Notes under the pieces: model-generated
Database searches by the model: none
Told to the model about the DNA's origin: nothing
The model's input: the letters and a program-made list of their open reading frames with translations, nothing else
In this document: piece after piece, positions 59,542 through 64,000 of the stretch
Layout: each line of letters begins with the position of its first letter
Numbering within the stretch: position 1 is the first letter of the stretch
Translations under genes and position numbers: made by a program
Origin: Candidatus Dojkabacteria bacterium
GTDB taxonomy: Bacteria > Patescibacteriota > Dojkabacteria > SC72 > JAFGCJ01
Length of the DNA stretch: 64,000 nt
Reading direction: 5' to 3'
Assembly: GCA_016932785.1 (NCBI GenBank)
Contig: JAFGCJ010000001.1
Location: 10,909-74,908 of the forward strand

Positions 59542-60282
59542 TTACATTATACTTTCTTCCAATTGCAAGATCAAATTCTCAAGAGCCAGTCGTTTGTTGG
59601 CGTTTTTGGATATGAAAAATAAAGTTTTACTGATTTTTTTGGTAATGGATAAGAGATGTTTTATTTCTGTTATATCTTTCTCTTCTGTGGCCTCTATCAA
59701 TTGGATTCTGAAATACCTTTGCAGCTCATGGAGAAAGTCTTGCACTACTCCTGGCGAGTCTTTTTCTTTCTTAACAAGTTCCTCAATCTCAAGAAATTTA
59801 TCCACGATGTCTCTTTCGAGAAATTGGCCGATAGCTGGTGATTGAGGTAATTCCTTGATGCAGTCTTCTAATTCCTGCGTGGGGACTTCTTGATCGAGAT
59901 TCTCTCGCACATATACTTTTCTAGCTCTCGATACAATTGTTGGTAAGAGAAACTGTTCGTGCGTTGTTGTTAATATGAATATAGTCTGTTCTCCAGGTTC
60001 TTCGAGCGATTTAAGAAGTGCATTCTGGGCTTCTGTTGTAAGCCGGTCTGATCTAAAGATAAGTCCTATTTGGTATTTTGCTTCATAGGGTTGATATTGT
60101 AGTTCTTTGATTAGCGTTTTTACATCATCTATTCCGATGCTTGTTCCTACAGCGCCATCGATGATGTGGAGGTCTGGGGGGAGTTTTTTTATGTCGATTG
60201 GTTTTTCTAGATAGTCCTGGGCGATGCTTAGGGCGGTGTTTCTTTGGATAGAAATTTTAGGGTGGATTATTAGGGTTGTCAT
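59542..60282 (-). CDS. holB: DNA polymerase III delta-prime-like (short form)
   Basis: PDL, SIGIDDVK, LTTEAQNALLKSLEEP, LLPTIVSR. Confidence 0.8.
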   Translation of the reverse strand: MTTLIIHPKISIQRNTALSIAQDYLEKPIDIKKLPPDLHIIDGAVGTSIGIDDVKTLIKELQYQPYEAKYQIGLIFRSDRLTTEAQNALLKSLEEPGEQTIFILTTTHEQFLLPTIVSRARKVYVRENLDQEVPTQELEDCIKELPQSPAIGQFLERDIVDKFLEIEELVKKEKDSPGVVQDFLHELQRYFRIQLIEATEEKDITEIKHLLSITKKISKTLFFISKNANKRLALENLILQLEESIM

Positions 60283-60285
60283 TGG

Positions 60286-60792
60286 CTAGTATATTTTACC
60301 ATGAGTTTGGGGTCTGACCCCCGTTAGGTCGTTATCCTCGATCAAGTGTAGATACGAATCCTTAACAAACAGCCATTTGTAGTAAAATGGGTTTGAAACA
60401 TATTGGGCTTTGACGGGATTGTCTATCACGTAATGAATTATATTGTGTAGACCACTTATCCCTTTAATAAGGCGTGTGTTATATCTTCCCTGAAACGTAT
60501 GTCCGACTAATCTGTATCTTGTGTTGTAATACTGACTGTAGGAAGTTTTTACTCGTTGCATGAATTTTGATATTTGGGGGCCGATTCCCTGTTTTAATAC
60601 TAGATGGTAATGGTTGTCCATTAAGCAATAAGAAACCACTTCTACTGATGTCATTCTTTCAATTTCTCTGAGCTTTTGAATAAAGAATTTGTTGTCGGTT
60701 GGAAAGTTAAATATCCGGTTTTTTCTGTTACCACGGTCATATACATGATAATAAGCATTCTGAATAAAGGGTGGTCGTACATTTCTTGGCAT
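60286..60792 (-). CDS. REP-associated tyrosine transposase (RAYT; HUH Y1, IS200/IS605 superfamily)
   Basis: YHVYDRG, YCLMDNHYHL (HUH), GHTFQGRY, YVIDNPVKA (catalytic Tyr); flanked by REP palindromes. Confidence 0.92.
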   Translation of the reverse strand: MPRNVRPPFIQNAYYHVYDRGNRKNRIFNFPTDNKFFIQKLREIERMTSVEVVSYCLMDNHYHLVLKQGIGPQISKFMQRVKTSYSQYYNTRYRLVGHTFQGRYNTRLIKGISGLHNIIHYVIDNPVKAQYVSNPFYYKWLFVKDSYLHLIEDNDLTGVRPQTHGKIY

Positions 60793-60873
60793 AAACAGAT
60801 ATTAACTTGAAAAAATGAAGATGGTATTAAAATTGGGGACAGACCTAACGGGGGTCAGACCCCCAACTACAGG
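60309..60873. mobile_element. RAYT element bounded by GGGGTC(T/A)GACCCC REP doublets
   Basis: GGGGTCTGACCCCCGTTAGGTC (60309-60330, inside the ORF 3' end) and GGGGACAGACCTAACGGGGGTCAGACCCCCAACTACAGG (60835-60873); the two ends are inverted relative to each other. Confidence 0.85.
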
Positions 60874-60952
60874 CTACGTTGACTTGACAAAACCAGTGTT
60901 AGATAATGTTTTTAGCCGGTAACGGAAAATTATTTGACTGCCTTTCTGCCCG

Positions 60953-62758
60953 ATGAGCTTCAAGCTCTTGGACATACTCGTCAAAGATGGCGTTATTGAC
61001 GAAGCAAAGTCCGATGAAGTAAAAGTAATAAATACCAAGACTAAAAAGCCAATTGAGCAAATCCTTCTTGAGCTCAATTACGCGAGTGAGGTCCAGATAG
61101 CCAAAGCTAAGGGTGAGGAATTCAATATTCCCTTTGTCGATCTGAATACCGAGGAGATACAAAACGAGGCGGTGAACCTCGTCAATCCTGATCTACTTAA
61201 AGCCCATAGGGCTTTTCCATATCAAGATTCTCCAGCAGGATTGAAGGTCGCTATGGTAGACCCTTTTGATATTCCTGCGATTCAAGCTTTGCAGAGGTCA
61301 ATTTCTGATGGAAAAAAGCTTCGGGTTTATATTGCCGCCCCATCTCAAGTAAAAGAGTTTATAGATAAGCGGGTTGGACAGGCGATTACCTCTGAGGTCA
61401 GCGAGGCGCTTGAGGATGTTGAACAGCCTGTTACAGAGATTACCGATGAGGATGTTGATATATCTCAAGCGGCTGTTGCGCTTCAGAATGCTCCTGTTGC
61501 AAGGATTGTGAATTCTATTCTCCAGTATGGTGCCAAAATTAACAGCTCAGATATTCATATTGAACCGATGGAGAAACTTGTTCGTGTAAGGTATAGGGTA
61601 AACGGTGTTATGTCAGAAAAGCTTAAGTTGCCCAAGTCTGTTCATTCAGCCATTGTTGCAAGAATAAAAATTCTTTCCAAAATGAAAATCGATGAAAAGC
61701 GTGTCCCTCAGGATGGTCGATTTCCAATTAAGATTGGAGAAAGGCGGATAGATCTTCGTGTCTCCTCTCTCCCGACTGTTTTTGGTGAAAAGATCGTTAT
61801 GAGGCTTCTTGAGAGAACTCGTGGAGTTCAACCAATTGAAGATTCTGGGCTTAGGGGAAATGCATACAAGACATATATTGATGAAATAAAGGCTACTACC
61901 GGTATCATTTTAATTACTGGTCCCACTGGTTGTGGTAAATCAACTACTCTTGCGGGTACTATTTCGAAGATAAATAAGCCAGAAGTGAACATAATTACTG
62001 TTGAGGATCCTGTTGAAATCAGGATTCCGGGTGTTAACCAGGTTCAGATAAATCCTGATGCAGGGCTTACTTTTGCTTCGGGGCTGCGCTCTATTCTTCG
62101 TCAGGACCCTGATATTATTATGGTCGGTGAGATTCGTGATGAGGAGACTGCAAGACTTGCTGTTCAGGCTGCACTTACAGGACATCTGGTCTTGTCTACT
62201 TTGCATACGAATAGCGCTTCGTCTGCTTTGCCCCGATTGCTTGACATGCAAATTGAGCCGTATCTTTTGGCCGCGGTTATGAATATGACAGTTGCGCAGC
62301 GTCTTCCGCGAAGAATCTGTAATCATTGCAAAGAGCCATACGTTGCAAGTCAGGAGGTTATTGACGACATTAATAAAAAATTGAGCACAATTCATGATTT
62401 CAATGCCGTGAATTATCTTCTGAGTAAATGTCAGAATCAGGATGGGACCCCCAAGGAGGGACTGTCCGATGTAAAATGTCCTGTTGAGAAAGGTGGTGGG
62501 CAGTATGATATATATTTGTACAGAGGCAAGGGATGTGATGAGTGCGGACATACAGGGTTTTCAGGAAGAATAGGTATCTTTGAGGTGCTGAAAATATCTG
62601 AAAAGATTGGAAGAATGATTATGGAAAGGCGATCGTCTGATGAAATCGAGCATGTAGCCGTCAAGGACGGAATGATAACAATGGTTCAGGATGGGTTTCT
62701 GAAGGCGCTTGAGGGTATTACGACTATCGAAGAAGTTCTGCGGGTCAGCAGAGAATAA
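60953..62758 (+). CDS. pilB: Type IV pilus/T2SS assembly ATPase PilB/GspE
   Basis: N-terminal T2SSE_N-like domain, SDIHIEP, PQDGR, GPTGCGKST, TVEDPVE, LRQDPD, TGHLVLSTLH, CNHC...CDEC. Confidence 0.95.
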   Translation: MSFKLLDILVKDGVIDEAKSDEVKVINTKTKKPIEQILLELNYASEVQIAKAKGEEFNIPFVDLNTEEIQNEAVNLVNPDLLKAHRAFPYQDSPAGLKVAMVDPFDIPAIQALQRSISDGKKLRVYIAAPSQVKEFIDKRVGQAITSEVSEALEDVEQPVTEITDEDVDISQAAVALQNAPVARIVNSILQYGAKINSSDIHIEPMEKLVRVRYRVNGVMSEKLKLPKSVHSAIVARIKILSKMKIDEKRVPQDGRFPIKIGERRIDLRVSSLPTVFGEKIVMRLLERTRGVQPIEDSGLRGNAYKTYIDEIKATTGIILITGPTGCGKSTTLAGTISKINKPEVNIITVEDPVEIRIPGVNQVQINPDAGLTFASGLRSILRQDPDIIMVGEIRDEETARLAVQAALTGHLVLSTLHTNSASSALPRLLDMQIEPYLLAAVMNMTVAQRLPRRICNHCKEPYVASQEVIDDINKKLSTIHDFNAVNYLLSKCQNQDGTPKEGLSDVKCPVEKGGGQYDIYLYRGKGCDECGHTGFSGRIGIFEVLKISEKIGRMIMERRSSDEIEHVAVKDGMITMVQDGFLKALEGITTIEEVLRVSRE

Positions 62759-62775
62759 ATTCTATATAATGAAAT

Positions 62776-64000
62776 ATGGCTAATAGGAATAATCAGTCAG
62801 GTTCACCGACTAATGGAGCTGGTAGTTCAATGTCGGACAATAGCAAAGGGGCGATGAGTGGAGGTGTTTCATCTGCTGATCCAGCATCGGTTGGTTTGCC
62901 TCCTGTTGGACCTACTGATTCTGTTAATCCGGCAGTGCAGGTTCCCAAGCCAAATGCAGGAATGCCTGTAGGTCAGTCTACTTCCGGAGCTTCTTCCGTT
63001 GTGGGTCAACAGACTCCTTCAGATCAGCCAGTGTCCTCTGATCAAGCTGGGATGTCTGATCAGACTTCCCAGAAGGGACAACAGGACGATGTTGCTGAAA
63101 AGGATTTGGAAAAGGCTTTAGAGGATCTTAAGGCTTTAGAATCGGGAGAACAGCCGTCGGAAAGTGATAAATCTTCGGAAGCGAGTGTCACTACAAAGGT
63201 AAGTAATGAATCTGGGTCGGGCACTTCAGATGGTCAGACCGAATCGACTGATTCTCTTGATCTTTCATATCCTGATGCGATCAATAATGCTGCTAGTTTT
63301 GCTGAATCCACTGAATCTTCTTTAAAACAGGATGACACAGATTTGTCGGAAGGTACTTCTCAATCAGAACCACAGCTGAAGTCAGCTTCTGAGGATTATC
63401 AATCTAAAGGAACAGGTTCTTCCATTCAAGTACCTGCGGAACCCACTAAATCTTCGGAACCCATGAAAACTGAAGGAGGTGTTAAGTCTGGTTCCCAGGT
63501 TCAACCAGTATCTGGAGCATCTGGAAAGAGCCTGGCCGATCTTGCAAAAAAATTGTCGAACTGGAAAGATGATTTTATGTCAGGTGATTCAAAGAAGGGA
63601 CAAGATGATAAAAGAGCTCAATCAAGACCACAATCAGTAGATTCTCCAGTTGTAGGAACGAAAAATGCAGAGGCTGATCTACCAGGAACCCAATCCCCTA
63701 CTCCAGCAGTGACTCCTGCTCCTGCGGTTGGAAGTACTTCTCAACCACCGGTAGGTAAAGCTGAAACCGGTTCCAAAGAGCCAACGGCCGTAATGCCTAA
63801 AGGTAAAGAGATGGGAGGTTCTCAACAATCTGTGAATACATTGCCTAAACAGATAGCTAGCGAGGCTCAAAAGCCGGTTGTTCAGGAGGAGATTCCTAAA
63901 AGCTCCAGTACTGGAAAGATGGCAATGACCATGGATCAACTGCTACAAACCATTGTTGATAAAGATTCCTCAGATCTTCATATTACCGTTGGCTATCCCC
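62776..64000 (+). CDS. pilT: PilT/PilU retraction ATPase (partial) with ~385-aa low-complexity N-terminal extension
   Basis: Not in the ORF track. The frame read manually from ATG 62776 is open to the window end and finishes MDQLLQTIVDKDSSDLHITVGYP, the PilT N-terminal motif; directly follows pilB. Confidence 0.85.
   Translation, partial: MANRNNQSGSPTNGAGSSMSDNSKGAMSGGVSSADPASVGLPPVGPTDSVNPAVQVPKPNAGMPVGQSTSGASSVVGQQTPSDQPVSSDQAGMSDQTSQKGQQDDVAEKDLEKALEDLKALESGEQPSESDKSSEASVTTKVSNESGSGTSDGQTESTDSLDLSYPDAINNAASFAESTESSLKQDDTDLSEGTSQSEPQLKSASEDYQSKGTGSSIQVPAEPTKSSEPMKTEGGVKSGSQVQPVSGASGKSLADLAKKLSNWKDDFMSGDSKKGQDDKRAQSRPQSVDSPVVGTKNAEADLPGTQSPTPAVTPAPAVGSTSQPPVGKAETGSKEPTAVMPKGKEMGGSQQSVNTLPKQIASEAQKPVVQEEIPKSSSTGKMAMTMDQLLQTIVDKDSSDLHITVGYP

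Overview
Bacterial chromosomal DNA whose gene content points to a Patescibacteria (CPR) genome, possibly Dojkabacteria/WS6-like; this placement is inferred, not verified. The pointers are two sortases, a lone VirB4/VirD4-like ATPase, a DUF5663-like protein, pilB/pilT and few Shine-Dalgarno sites. The housekeeping backbone is rpmE (partial), dnaB, tRNA-Leu(CAA), efp, an lgt-like gene, lspA, an rluD-like gene, an LCP protein, yebC-ruvCAB, a XerC/D-like recombinase, greA, gyrA, gyrB, a holB-like gene, pilB and pilT (partial). Accessory content includes two tandem paralogous helical proteins beside a 1553-aa Hanks-type kinase-domain protein whose beta3 Lys appears replaced. It also includes a DUF5663-like -> 2264-aa repeat protein -> PP2C-FHA operon and a surface-glycosylation cluster. 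A D,D-carboxypeptidase -> sortase -> 84-aa putative sortase substrate -> GT2 unit lies downstream of gyrA. A RAYT (HUH Y1) gene has GGGGTC(T/A)GACCCC REP ends and an 'empty' copy 41 kb away. A Cys-less CsoR-family gene has its promoter/operator nearly duplicated inside the rluD-like ORF, and an unexplained 17-bp motif recurs in intergenic DNA. No CRISPR array, rRNA or phage structural genes were seen.
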